From the human T2T-CHM13v2.0 reference genome, Homo sapiens: a stretch of 64,000 nt of DNA. The stretch lies in the NCBI RefSeq assembly GCF_009914755.1, contig NC_060928.1; one strand, 5' to 3'. The notes beneath the pieces are model-generated. The model saw nothing but the letters and a program-made list of their open reading frames with translations. It searched no databases and was not told the DNA's origin. Positions 27,230-41,364 of this stretch are shown here, piece by piece. The stretch's first letter is position 1. The number at the start of each line of letters is the position of its first letter. Position numbers and translations under genes: made by a program.

Positions 27230-28285
27230 CAGTTGGCTCTTGAACAACATAGAGGTTAGGGTCACTGACCCCCTGTGCAGTCAAAAATGTGTATATAATT
27301 TTGACTCCCCCAAAACTTAACTACTAATAGATTACTGTTGACTGGAAGGCTTACCGATAATATAAACAGTTGATTAACATATATTTTGTATGTTATATAT
27401 ACTACCTACTGTATTTTTACAATAAAGTAAGATAGGAAAAACAAAACATTATTAAGAAAATCATAAGGATGTGAAAATAAATTTGCAGTAGTGGATTGTA
27501 TTTATCAATACTGTAAGTTTATGTCGTCTGTTTACAAGATGAATTGCCTATCTGAAATGGTGGGCAACTGCACCTGACATCCTCAAGCTATGGGACTTAT
27601 CAAGCAACTGAGCTTTTGCTTGTAATGTCATAACTTTTCTCTGCTTCTTGGAAGCACTTCCAGCATCACTAGTCACACTTCATGTGAGTCCCATGGTGTT
27701 ATTCAAGGTGTATTATATTGTACTAAACATGATGAAAAATAAACAAGAAACTTGAGAGACAGCTTTTTACTGTGATACACAATTTACTGGAGAGACAAAC
27801 TGCTTACAAAGAGATGATTAGCATTAGGTGGCATTTTAAGTGGATACTTGTAACACTTGAGCTCACCACAATAGCAACAAGAGGTGGCTATAAAACTATT
27901 ACAGTAGTATAGTATGCACTACAGTTAATTTTATGAAGTTATGATTTAACACTACATCTTTTTATTTGTTTACATTTCTCTCAAGTACAAATGGCACCAT
28001 ATACAGTCTGTGTTTGTGTATGTAAGTTTTGATAAATGTTAACTTTTAATGATAGATTAGTGTATATTATGGTAGTAAGTGATAAAATAGACTACTGTCT
28101 ACATATATTTTATGCATTTATGACATACTTTTTCTTGATTTTTTCTATATTGCTATGCTTTGCAGTTTGTTTGTTTTTTTTAATTGTCAAAATCTCCAAA
28201 AAATTTTTCAATGCGTTTATGGAAAAAGAATCCACTTATAAGTGGACCTATGAAGTTCAAACCTGTGTTGCTCAAGGGTCAACTA
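27230..28285 (-). mobile_element. Tigger2-family non-autonomous DNA transposon (Tigger2b-like, ~1.06 kb)
   Basis: Terminal inverted repeats CAGTTGGCTCTTGAACAACA (27230) and TGTGTTGCTCAAGGGTCAACTA (to 28285), flanked by TA. Confidence 0.85.
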
Positions 28286-28309
28286 TATATATTGCAATTT
28301 TAGGTTGAA

Positions 28310-28465
28310 AAATATATTTTATCATTTACATTTATTTTATTTTATCAAAGATATATCTTTTATTTTATAAAATATATATTTTATTTTATCATTTACATAT
28401 AAATATATATATTATCATTATTTATATATTTTTTACATATATTATCATTTATATGTAATAATAAC
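28310..28465. repeat. AT-rich low-complexity tract
   Basis: Degenerate TTTATCATTTACAT and ATATA repeats. Confidence 0.8.
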
Positions 28466-31400
28466 TTAAGAAATAAGCCTATATCCTCCAAGAGATTTAC
28501 AGTACTTAATTGTTGTCCAGACCTGAGTTCAACCCAGTCAATGTTCTATGTGACTCACCTTCAGAAATCTCATGTTCTGTGGACTTGTTGCCCAGGTTGA
28601 AATCCCTGCCTTCCTGCAAAGATAGAAGAGAAGTGGGAAATATAATACATTTTCTCTTCTTTCCTGGAGCCATAACTCTCCCTAGACCATGGAGAGAAAA
28701 TTTCATGTCCTCTATTCAAAGATGAGAAAAATTCTAGAGTTACCCTTACACATTCAAAAATCAAGAAGAACAGGAAAGCTGAGATAACCCACAGACTCTT
28801 TGAAGGAAGCAGATTGCTCCTGCAGGGCGCCTGGAGACAGCCAAAAAACTGTGAGTGCCCAATGTGTGAAAGGGGGATTGTCTGCCCCCAAACACACACT
28901 CTCACTGGGGAACCTGAAGTTCCAGATCACGGGTAAAGGATTTGATCTTACCTGGAGCTGAGACAAATTTAGAGAGCTGAGTGAAATACAGGGGTAGAAG
29001 AAGCAGTAGGAAGACCCCTGTGGGCTCTCGGTCCCCAAGGAAGTAACTTCCGACTTTGTCTTACAGAAGTCCTTGGGGAGGGCTGCCAGAGGAACCGGGA
29101 AGAAACCACACAGGGAAGGAAACTTCCAGCTGAACTTTGTAACAATTTCGACCGAATGCAAAGTTTCCCCGACAGAAATCAGGGGAGGGGTTGAATCAGG
29201 AGTGCAATCACAGCACAGAAGCCATGGTAGGTGGGGAGAGGTGAAATCTAAAAGCCCTGCTTGCTTTCTCAGCTGGGAGGCTGGTAGCCTGGGGCAGCTT
29301 TTCAGCCCTGCTCACCCACTGCCTGGAAATAAACTTGGTGCTGTTGAGGGAGCACAGTGAAAGTGAAACCAGCCTTTTGGGCTGAGTGAGGCCTATAACT
29401 GCCAGCTTTCACCCATTTCCCTGGTGGCCTGCATGACACAGCAGAGGCAGCCATAATCCCCCGGGGGCAGAATTCCACTGGCCTGAGAACCACACCCCCC
29501 CTCCCCCGCAGTAACTGCAGTAAGACCCGCCCAAGGAGAGTCTGAAATTAGACATGCTTAACCCTGCCCCCACCTGATGGTCTTTATCTACCTGCCCTGA
29601 TAGCCCAAGAAAAAGGACTTAACCTCTTGGGAGCTCTAGGGCCCCACCTACCACCTGATGCTCCCTCTACTACCTCAGCTAATGCCCTCTTGAAAGTGCC
29701 ACCTCCTGACTGGAGGCCAACCAACACAAAACTACTGCAATAAACAAAACTACAACTAAGAACGCTCACAGACTCTGTTTCACTCCTCTGCCACCTCCAC
29801 CAGAGCAGGTGCTGGTGTCTACAGCTGTGAGACTTAAAGATGGTTCACATCACAGGACTCTGTGTAGACAATCCTAGTACCAGGCCAGAGCCTGGCAACT
29901 CTGCTGGGTGGCTAGATCCAGAAGAGAAATAACAATCATTCCAGTTTGGCTCTCAGGAAGCCACATCCCCAGGGAAAGGAGGAGAGCACTACATCAAAAG
30001 AGCACCCCATGGGACAGAAGAATCTGAACAGCATCCCTTGAGCCCCAAATATTTCCTCTGACACAGCCTACCCAAATGAGAAGTAACCAGAAAAACAATT
30101 CTGGTAATATGACAAAACAAGGTTCTTTAACACCCCCAAAAGATCACCAGCAATAGATCCAAACCAAGATGAAATCCCTGAATTGCCAGAAAAAGAATTC
30201 AGACGGTCAATTATTAAGCTAATCAAGGAGGAATCAGAGAAAGGTGAAGTCCAACTTAATGAAATCAAAACAGTAATACAAGATATGAAGGGAAAAATCA
30301 TCAGTGTAATAGATAGCATAAATAAAAAGCAATCACAACATCTAGAAGTAAAGGACACACTTAGAGAAATGTAAAATGCACTGGAAACTCTCAGCAATAG
30401 AATCAAACAAGCAGAAGAAAGAATGTCAGAGCTCAAAGACAAGGTTTTTAAATTAACCTAATCCAACAAAGAAAAAAAACAAAAAAAATTAAAAAATGAA
30501 CAAAGCCTCCAAGAAGTTTGGGGTTATGTTAAATGACCAAACCTGAGAATACTGGGTGTTCCCATGGAAAAAGAGAAATGTAAAAGTTTGGAAAACATAT
30601 TTGAGGGAATAATCAAGGAAAACTTCCATGACCTTGTTAGAGATCCAGACATCCAAGTACAAGAAGCTCAAAGAAAATCTGGGAAATTTATCACAAAAAT
30701 ATCATCACCTAGGCATAGTCATCAGGTTATCTAAAGTCAAGACAAAGGAAAGAATCTTAACAGCCATGAGTTAAAAGCACTAATTAGATAACCTATAAAG
30801 GAAAACCTATCAGGTTAGCAGCAGATTTCTCAGCAGAAACCTTACAAGCTAAAAGGGATTGAGTCCCTATCTTCAGCCTCCTAAACAGAACAATTATCAG
30901 CTGCATACAAGAATTCTGTATGCAGTGAAACTAAGCTTCATTTATGAAGAAAATATACTCTTATTTAGATAAACAAATGCTGAGAGAATTAACCACTACA
31001 AGCTAGAACTACAAGAACTGATCAAAGGAGCTCTAAATCTTGAAACAAATTCTCAAAATACACCAAAATAGAACCTCCTCAAAGTGTAAATCTCACAGAA
31101 CCTACAAAAAAAAAACAATAAAAATTAAAGAAAAAAACACAAGATATTCAGGCAACAAATAGCATGATGAATAGAATAGTACCTCACATCCCAATACTAA
31201 TGTTGAATGTAAATGTCCTAAATGTTCCACTTAAAAGATACAGAATGGCAGAATGAATAAGAATACACCAACCAAGTATCTGCTGTCTTCAAGAGACTCA
31301 CCTAAAACATAAGGATTCACATAAACTTAAGGTAAAGGGATTTACCTTTACCTTATTCCATGCAAATGGACACCAAAAGCAACAAGGGGTAGCTATTCTT

Positions 31401-34400
31401 CTATCCAAAAAAAAAAAAAAAACACTAAGGCAGCAGCAGTTTAAACTGACAAAGACAGATGTTATATAATAAAAGGATATGTCCAACAGGAAAATATCAC
31501 AATCCTTAATATATATGCACCTAACACTGGAACTCCCAAATTAATAAAACAAATACTAGTAGACCTAGGAAATGAGATAGGCAGCAATACAATAATAGTG
31601 GGGACTTCCATATTCCACTGACAGTACTAGACAGGTCATAAAGACAGAAAGCCAACAAAGAAACAATGGATTTAAACTATACTGTACAACAAACATACTT
31701 AACAGATATTTACACAACATTCTACCCAACAACTGCAGAATATACATTTTATTCATCAGCACATGGAACATTCTCCAAGATAAACCATATTATGGGCCAC
31801 AAAACAAATCTCAACAAATTCAAGAAAATTGAAATTATATCAAGTACTCACTCAGACCACAGTGGAATAAAATTGGAAATCAACTCCAAAATGAACCCTC
31901 AACAGCATGCACATACATGGAAATTAAACAAACTGCTCCTAAATGATTGTTGGGTCAACAATGAAATCAAGGTGGAAATTAAAAAATTCTTTGAACTGAA
32001 TGATAATAGTGACACAACCTATCAAAACCTCTGGGATACAGCAAAGGTTGTGCTAGGAGGAAAATTCATAGATTTAAGTGCTTACATAAAAAAGTCTGAA
32101 AGAGCACAAATAGACAACCTAAGCTCACACCTCAAGGAAGTAGAAAAACAAGAACAAGCCATACCCAAGCCCAGCAGAAGAAAATAAATAACAAAGATCA
32201 GAGCAGAACTAAATAAAATTGAAACAAACAAAAAATACAAAAGATAAATGAAACAAAAAACTGTTTCTTTGAAAAGATAAACAAAAAATTGATAGACCAC
32301 TGGCAAGACTAACCAAAAAAAAAGAGAAGATCCAAATAAGCTCAACTAGAAACAAAATGGGAGATATTACAACTGATTCCACAGATACACAAAAGATCAT
32401 TCAAGACTCTTATGAATACCTTTAAGTGCATAAACTAGAAAACCTAGAGGAGATGGATAAATTCCTGGAAATATGTAACTCTCCTAGATTAAACCAGGAA
32501 GAAATAGAAACTCTGAACAGACCAACAGCAAGAAGTGAGGTTGAAATGGTAATTTAAAAATTGCCAATAAAAAAAATGTCCAGGGCCAGACAGATTCACT
32601 GCTGAATTCTATCAGACATTCAAAAAATAATTGGTACCAATCCTATTGACACTATTCCACAAGATAGAGAAAGAGGGAATCCTCTCAAAATCATTCTGTG
32701 AAGCCAGTATCACCCTAATTCCAAAACCAAGAAAGGACATAACCAAAAAAGAAACCTACAGGCCAATATCCCTGATGAATATAGATGCAAAAGTTAAAAA
32801 AAAATACTAGCTAATGGAATCCAACAGCATATCAAAAAGATAATTCACCATGATCAAGTGGGTTTCATGCCAGGGATGCAGGGATGGTTCAACATCTGCA
32901 AGTCAATAAATAGAATTTATAAACACATAAACAGAAACAGAATTTAAAACAAATAACATAATCATCTCAATAGACAGAGAAAAAGCATTTGACAAAATCC
33001 AGCATCACTTTTTGCTTAAAACCTTCAGCAAAATCAATATAGAAGGGACATACCTTAATGTAATAAAAGCCATCTATGACAAACCCACAGCCAACATAAT
33101 GCTAAATGAGGAAAAGTTAAAAGCATTCTGCCTGAACACTGGAACAAAACAAGGATGCCCACTCTCACCACCTCTATTCAACATAGTACTGGAAGTCCTA
33201 CTCAGAGCAATTAGATAAGAGAAAGAAATAAAGGACATCCAAATCAATAAAGAGGAAATCAAACTGTCGCTGTTTGCTGATGATATGACCGCATACCTAG
33301 AAAACCCTAAAGACTCCTTCAAAAAGCACCTAGATCTGATTTTTTAAAATTCAGTAAAGTTTTAAAATTCAGTGTACATTAATACAAAATTAATGTACAC
33401 AAATCAGTAGCTATGCTATACAGCAACAGCAACCAAGCTGAGACTCAAATCGACAACTCAATCCCTTTCACAATAGCTGCATAAAATAAAATAAAATACT
33501 TAGGCATATACCTAACAAGGAGGTGAAAGACCTCTATAAGGAAAACTACAAAACACTGCTGAAAGAAATCATAGATGACAGAAACAAATGGAAACACATC
33601 CCATGCTCATGGATGGGTAGAATCAATATGGTGAAAACGACTGTACTGCCAAAAGCAATCTACAAATTTATGCAATTTCCATCAAAATATCACTGTTATT
33701 CTTCACAGAACTAGAAAAACCAATCCTAAAATTCATATGGAACCAAGAAAGAGCCCACAGAGCCAAAGCAAGACTCAGCAAAGAGAACAAACCTTGAAGC
33801 ATCACATTACCTGACTTTATTCTACAAGGCTATAGTCAGCAAAACAGCATGACACTGTTATAAAAATAGACACATAAACCAATGGAACAAAATAGAGAAC
33901 CCAACGATAAAGCCAAATATTTACAGCCCACTAATCTTTGACAAAGCCACCAAAAATTGGGAAAAGGATACCCTATTCAACAAATAGTGCTGGGATAGTT
34001 GGCAAGCCACATGTAGAAGAAGGAAACTGGGTCCTCATCTCCCACCTTATATGAAAATCAATTCAAGATGGACCAAAGACTTAAATCTAAAACCTGAAAC
34101 CATAAAAATTCCAGAAGATAACATTATAAAAACCCTTCTAGACATTGGCTTAGGCAAAGACTTCATGACCAAGAACCCAAAAGCAAATGCAATAAAAACA
34201 AAGATAAACAGATGAGACTTAACTAAGCTAAAAAGCTTCTGCACAGAAAAAATACAATCAGCAGAATAAACAGACAACCCACAAAGTGGGAGAAAAATTT
34301 TGCGATTGATAAATCTGACAAAGGACTAATAACAATAATTTACAAGGAACTCAAACAAATCAGCAAGAAAAAAACAAACAATTCCATCAAAAAGTGGGCT

Positions 34401-34547
34401 AAGGACATGAATAGACAATTCTCAAAAGAAGATAGACAAATGGCCACCAAACATATGAAAAAATGCTCTTAATCAGTAATTATAAGGGAAATGCCAATCA
34501 AAACCACAATGTGATACCACCTTACTCCTGCAAAAATGGCCATAATC

Positions 34548-34913
<366 letters not shown>

Positions 34914-35165
34914 CTATTACACTGCTGGTGGGAATGTAAACTGCTACAGTCACTATGCAAAACACTGTGGAGATTCCTTAAAGAACTAAAAGTAGAACTA
35001 CCATTTGATCCAGCAGTCCACTACTGGGTATCTACCTAGAGGAAAAGAAGTCATTATATGAAAAGACACTTGCACATGCATGTTTATAGCAGCACAATTC
35101 ACAATTGCAAAAAATATAGAACCAGCCCAAATGTCCATAAATCAACAAGTAGATAAGAAAATTGT

Positions 35166-35472
35166 GATATATATACATATCTATGTGTATATATATATAT
35201 ACATATCTATGTGTATATATATATATACATATCTATGTGTATATATATATATACATATCTATGTGTATATATATATACATATCCGTGTGTATATATATAT
35301 ACATATCCGTGTGTATATATATATACATATCCGTGTGTGTATATATATATACATATCTGTGTGTGTATATATATATACATATCTGTGTGTATATATATAC
35401 ACACACATATCTGTGTGTATATATATATACACACAGATATGTGTGTATATATATATACACACATATATATAT
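35166..35472. repeat. ~22-24-bp minisatellite (ATATATATACATATCTATGTGT variants) inside the L1 3' end
   Basis: About 13 units with ordered variants (ATCTATGT, then ATCCGTGT, then ATCTGTGT); the last units are inverted. Confidence 0.95.
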
Positions 35473-36092
35473 AAAAAGAATGAAATAATGGCATTCACAG
35501 CAACCTGGATGAAATCGAAGACCATTATTCTAAGTGAAGAAATTCAGGAATGGAAAATCACACATCGTATGTTATCATTCATAAGTGGGAGCTAAGCTTT
35601 GAGGATGCAAAGGCGTAAGGATGATACAATGGACTTTGCGGACTTGAGGGAAAGGGTGTGAGGTGGGTGAGGGATAAAAGACTACACATTGGGTACAGTG
35701 TACACCGCTTGGGGGATGGGTGCACCAAAACCTCAGAAATCCTCACTAAAGAACTTACTCATGTAACCAAACACCATCTATTCCCTAAAAAAATTATTGA
35801 AATTTTAAAAAAAGAATCAAGAAGAACGGAATTCCTCCCTCCTACCACTGAATCTGCCTCCAAACTGCCCTGCACTTCCTGCGGGTATCTAGGAGCTGTA
35901 ACACGGCACTATGTTCAAAATAAGCCATCCTACAAAAATTTCCCTGGAGAGATTTTTTGTTGTGTCCTTCTGTTTTCTTTTTCCAATTTTGTGTGGTTGT
36001 TGTTGTTGAGCATGCTTTTTAGTTCTTTAGTTTCATAAATAATAATGTGTTATTTTTTAAAAAGAAAAGTCTCACCATGAAAATCCAGGTTC

Positions 36093-36141
36093 AATACACC
36101 TACAATATACCCACAAAATTAAAATCTAAAAAAGAAAGAAA
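36093..36141 (+). mobile_element. 49-bp extremely 5'-truncated L1 (L1MA-type terminus plus A-tail)
   Basis: AATACACCTACAATATACCCACAAAATTAAAA resembles the L1MA 3' end; exact 14-bp TSD GAAAATCCAGGTTC at 36079-36092 and 36142-36155. Confidence 0.75.
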
Positions 36142-39100
36142 GAAAATCCAGGTTCTGGAACTAGAACACAGTTGATTCTTGACCTTGTTGTTTCTCTGTA
36201 AATATACCATCGGTCTATGATTAAAACTGACCCAAGCTGGTATTTCTACAAGGATAGAGGAATCTCAATGGTCTCATTTTAATGATGTGTTGGAAGGGGA
36301 AGGCGAAAAGATTAAAATCTCATGGACAGATATATTGTAAAAACTGATTAAAAATTACTATTTTACAATTTGATAGTATAATCTGATTATGGATTCTGTC
36401 TGTGAGCCATAAAGGCAAGAGGCTACTTTATGTCCACTCTTCATAATGAGGAAAAGCTCATTTTAAAAGTTGTAAGCAAAAGAGAGGACTTAGGTTGAAC
36501 TCCTGCTGAATTTTGATCTACTTTCATTGATTTTGAACTTACATTAGTCCTTTCATTCTTCCATATATGAGCTCTATTAAATGCCCATTTCTCTGTCCAA
36601 GGGTCGGGGTGAGGCCTGGATATGTCCCAGATGGGATTTAGTCTGGACATAGAAGCTCTTCTCTGTCACACATTCTCCCTCCCATAGCAATGATGTCCCT
36701 GAGGGAGGATTGTTTTCCATGACTAGTGATAAAAGGCTCAAGCCTATACTCCTTACACTGAAAATCTGGAAAGAGGAGAATCAGGATGAACAGTACAAGG
36801 AGAGTTAACTTGAACTTTTCATTGTAAAATAGTTAAAATAATAAAATTTTCTTTCCATGAAAATCAAGACACTTTTGCTTATTTGTCTATACTCACTTAC
36901 TGACTTAATTTGAAGAACAATCAAGGGGGGGGCAGGAAAACTAAACTAAACCCTAACTTTTTAGGGTGAAAACATCACACTATATATTGCTCAGCCTCCA
37001 CCCTTTTGAGAGCTATCACCACCTGAAGAAAGTAGAGATCTCTCAACTCTTTCCTCTCTGATTCTTCCCCAAAGCAGCAAGGGAAGGTTCACAATACTGT
37101 GTGATTATCTTTCAAAAGCAAATCCAGAACATAAATGTGGTCTACGGATGGTTCACTTTTTGTGGTCCCTTTTCTGTCCAGGAATCAGAGGTGGCTCATC
37201 AAATGAGGAAACAAGGAATGCTTTATTTCTCAAATTACACACCATTTTTAACAAAATCCATAGGAATGATGAGGATGAAGAAAAGAAATAGTCTAAACTC
37301 CTCTTGTCAACCCCCAAGTTCCCATCACCAACACTGATGAACAGCTTTCTTGATCTCTCCAAAGTCAAAATTTCTTTGTCTACTTCTTGCTCCTGACATT
37401 GCTCCACCTTCTCTGAGGGTCTGGTCTCATGTGGGAAGCTATGAAATTCCAGCTCTTGCTGAGCATCTCAGACAGACTCTGGCTTTGCTGACAGTTCTTT
37501 AAAAAGGCAGCTAGCTTTCCCTGCACAAACCTGGGAGAGACTGCAATCTGGAACAAAAATGGAAATAGAACATTTAATACAGATATATTGCTCCTACACA
37601 ACTAGGCAAGTCAAAAAAATAAATTTTAAAAATATTAACCAATACTGTATGCAAATTTTTTCCATGATAGCCTATGGAGGTGACAGGATAAAGTGAATAG
37701 GTAAAAGACCTAGGATTTGAATAGGATTGAGGAATGGAGAAAAAAAAATGTCTAAACATTTCATGGTTTCATTTTAGGCCAAACCAGAATTTCCCATGGG
37801 TTACAGTAGCTTTGTCAAAATGGCCACACACAAAAAATGAGTTGATTGCTTTTATGGATTAAGGGCAGGCAGCAGCAGTACAATTTCACTGCATTTTTCC
37901 TACCAAAAACCCGGAGAAAAAAAATCTCCCTAACATTACCAAGCCCTGTGAGCAGAAAATCCCACTGTCTTACAATCCAGGCATCACGGGAGTGAAACCT
38001 CAGAATCTGAGCCCCGAAAACACTTCTGGCAGTGATAGCAAGAGAGAACATCAAACCCAAAATAGGCAACAAATTTATCTGGGAAGCATTCCAACATCCA
38101 GATTCAGAGAGAAAGGGGTCATTTCAAATATTCTGAATGGGAGTTGGATTCTTATAGAGTATTTAAGAATTTCAAAGTTACATTAAGTATAATCTCTATT
38201 TTACACTCAGACTCTCTCAAGGATCCTAACTCTCTGGCCTTTAGACAGGAACACCTCCCATAGACAGAGGCTACTGGTGCAAAGCTCCTTCCCTTGCCAC
38301 GCAAAGGCTCCTCCTGCTCCAGGCTGTGCAGTAATGGGCTCTGCAGAGCCTCTGCTGGAGATCATCAATGGTTTGTCACAATCAGCACACCAGGGTTTCT
38401 AATTTCAAAGTGCAAATTTATTTCCAGCATTATAAACAACTGCCTTTTCAAACTTAAAGTCTACTTAGGACATACCGATCTTGCAAAATACTAGGGATAC
38501 AGGAAAATGGCTGTGAAACTAAAATGATTTTTAGGAGAAAAGAGTGAAAGGGAAACTTAACATGACTCTGCATTTAAGAACGTTCCTGTGCTAGAGAAAA
38601 ATTGAAAGAAGACCCCGGGTGAGAGTTTTTGTCCCATCTCAACTCCCACAAATATCAGTGAGGATTTTGTTTTACCTATTTATGATAAGAACAGATAATG
38701 CCATAATCCTTCAAAATCAATATCTGATTGCAACATGTTCCTTGTCTTAGATTTTCCGCTGGGGTCATTGCTTACTTCCTCAAGGAAGGCTCCCAAACTC
38801 TCATAACCCTTAAAACTAAAGGTCTATGCACTGCTGAAAGAAGAGGAGTAACATAGTTATCTAGGCCCATGAAGTCTATTCCTGCCCCAAAGAAAATTCA
38901 CCACATCCCCTTTCCACACTTGCCACAAACTCTGCTCTTTGTTTTCTCCAGTGTCTCAGTGGATCTAGCGGGCCCAGGACCTCGCTAGCTTATGTATAGA
39001 AACTTGGAAGGAAGGTGTAGAACGTGCTTTCCAGATGGAAATGGGATGATGTCTAGGGAACAAGAGCTTCCTCTCTTCTTCCTTCACCACAGGTCTGAAG

Positions 39101-39535
39101 CATTTGCCCTCAGACCCTCTCTCCTGCAAAGTGAAGTCAGCCTGAAAACATGGAACAGGAGAAAATGTCCACCTCAAAGGAATGGGAAAACTGGCATCAG
39201 AAACATTTCTGTAAACTTCTATTATGTGAGAAAGGGGCCATTATGCATGTTTAATAAGAGCAACAGAAAACATGTTTTATTCTTGTAAGCTTCAATTAAA
39301 CTTAGCATTAATTTTTGCTCAGCTAGGCTGAAGAAGACAAAATTTGTGTCCCTCAAGCCTTAAGTGAGTCATCAATGCATCATAAAGGAAAGTCAACCTA
39401 GAATTTCTCCAGGGATAGATCGTCTCCCTCTTTGTAGGAATTCTGGTGGAGGAATTTCCTCCTTTCCCAAATGCTACAGGGCTTCATGTGGCTCTCTACT
39501 AAGCTGGAAGCAGAGAATCCAACGGACTATACTTG

Positions 39536-39652
39536 TTGGTCCTCCATTCTAGGTACACATTAGAATCTCCAGGGAAGATTGTTTTAAATACCAGTACTGG
39601 GGGACCCAGAAAATTAAATCAGACTCTCTAGAGGCAGGAAGAACTACTGATT
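39536..39652. mobile_element. MER5-like (hAT-Charlie) remnant
   Basis: GTACACATTAGAATCTCCAGGGAAG...AAATCAGACTCTCTAGAGG...AGAACTACTG. Confidence 0.5.
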
Positions 39653-40125
39653 TAAAGTAATTGGAATGGTCAATTCTTCTCATATCTAAAATATAAAAGT
39701 CACTGTGCTCTCCAGTAGCATCTCTAGTTTAAAAGACACCAGGAAAAAACCATATTTCTTTCTGTAGCACTGTAAGAAAAAAACATTCACCACAAATCAT
39801 AGCATTCACATCACAACAAATCATCCTACCTGACCTATCAGCTCACCCCTTTTTCTTCTAAGGAGGTGACATTCTGATGAATGTATATTTACTTCTTCCC
39901 ACCTCTCTCCTATAAATATATTTTTAAAGGTATATGCAATGTATATGCAATGTATATGGGCTCTTAAATTTTACTGGTAGAGGGGTGAGTAAAGCTATTA
40001 GACCTAAGGTTACAAAATTTCCCCAGACCTGGGACAGGTGAATTTCTCTTCTCTTCCCAGCAAGCAAAGGAAACTGCATGGCTTTACCAGTTTCCTATTT
40101 TTCCTCAAACTCCAACCCAGTCATC

Positions 40126-40488
40126 TGTTATGGGCTGAACTTTGTCCCCCCAAAATTATATACAAGATTGAAGCCCTAACCCCCAGTACCTGAAAATGTG
40201 GCTGCATGTATTTCAGATAGAGACTTTAAAGTAATTCAGATAAATTGAGCTCTTATGGGTGGGTTCTAATCCAATATAGCTGGTGTTCTTATAATAAGAG
40301 GAAATTAAGACACAGACACATAAAGAGGGAAGACCATGTGGGGACAAAGGGAAAAGACAGCCATCCACAAGCCAAGGAGAGAGATTTAGAAAGAAACTAA
40401 TCCTGCCAACACCTTGATTTTAGACCTCTAGCCTCCACAACTGTGAGAAAATACATTTCTGTTGTTTAAGCCATCTAGTCTGGAGTAT

Positions 40489-40523
<35 letters not shown>

Positions 40524-40862
40524 TTTTGAGACTGTAATGAGACAGTCTCACTCTGTTGCCCAGGCTGGAGTGCAGTGGCATGATCTCGGCTCACTGCAAC
40601 CTCCACCTCCTGGGTTCAAGTGATTCTTGTGCCTCAGCCTACTGAGTAGCTGGGACTACAGGCATAAGCCGCTACACCCAGCTAATTTTTGTACTTTTAG
40701 TAGAGACAGGGTTTCACCATGTTGGCCAGGCTGGTCTCGAACTCCTGACCTCAGGTGATCCACCAGCCTAACCCTCCCAAAGTGCTGGGATTACAGGCAT
40801 AAGCCACAGCGCCCAGCCTAGTCTGGGGTATTTTGTTATGGCTACCCCAGCAAACTCATACA
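40126..40862 (+). mobile_element. MaLR solo LTR (MLT1A/B-like) interrupted by an Alu
   Basis: TGTTATGGGCTGAACTTTGTCCCCC...CCTGCCAACACCTTGATTTTAGACCTCTAGCCTCC...CAGCAAACTCATACA. Confidence 0.87.
40491..40818 (-). mobile_element. AluSx/Sz-like SINE with (TTTA)n tail
   Basis: Antisense dimer; TSD TAGTCTGG(A/G)GTATTT at 40476-40490 and 40819-40833. Confidence 0.95.
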
Positions 40863-41364
40863 GACCTCTTAGAAAAAAATCTCCTTCCTCCTTCTGCTCC
40901 CTCCACAGCCTCCCCTACATGCCAGTACTTTGTTTTTTATTGGTTGTCTGGCCATGGCTCAGGAGAAAACACACAAACTCCAGATATCCTAGAGAAGCAA
41001 GACAAGATTTTTCTTCCCCAAGTACTGGCTTTTTTTCTTCTCTTTGGCATTCCTCTGGGGGAACAAGACCTCAGTAAGGTAGAATAATTAGAAATATTTT
41101 GCTGACATAAAAATATATGAGAATTACCTTATAACAGAGGTAGGAACCACAGACCTGGGTTCAAGGCAGGAGACCAACACTAGAGATTCATCACCAATGA
41201 CAAGGAGCAAGGAGACTCAGAAGCTTAGGAGCACTAGAGAGAACTGAAATCAAATTACTGTGTTTATTTCATCTTCTTTCTTCTCTGGGACGCATACTGA
41301 GTAAAGACTAGGTATCAGTCAAACCTGGAAAATATTCCCAAAATCTATTGAAAAGATGAGATGT

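Noticed and set aside
35080-35595. Multiple overlapping Y/I/C/V-rich ORFs
   Set aside because: Translation artefacts of the stop-free TA/TG minisatellite.
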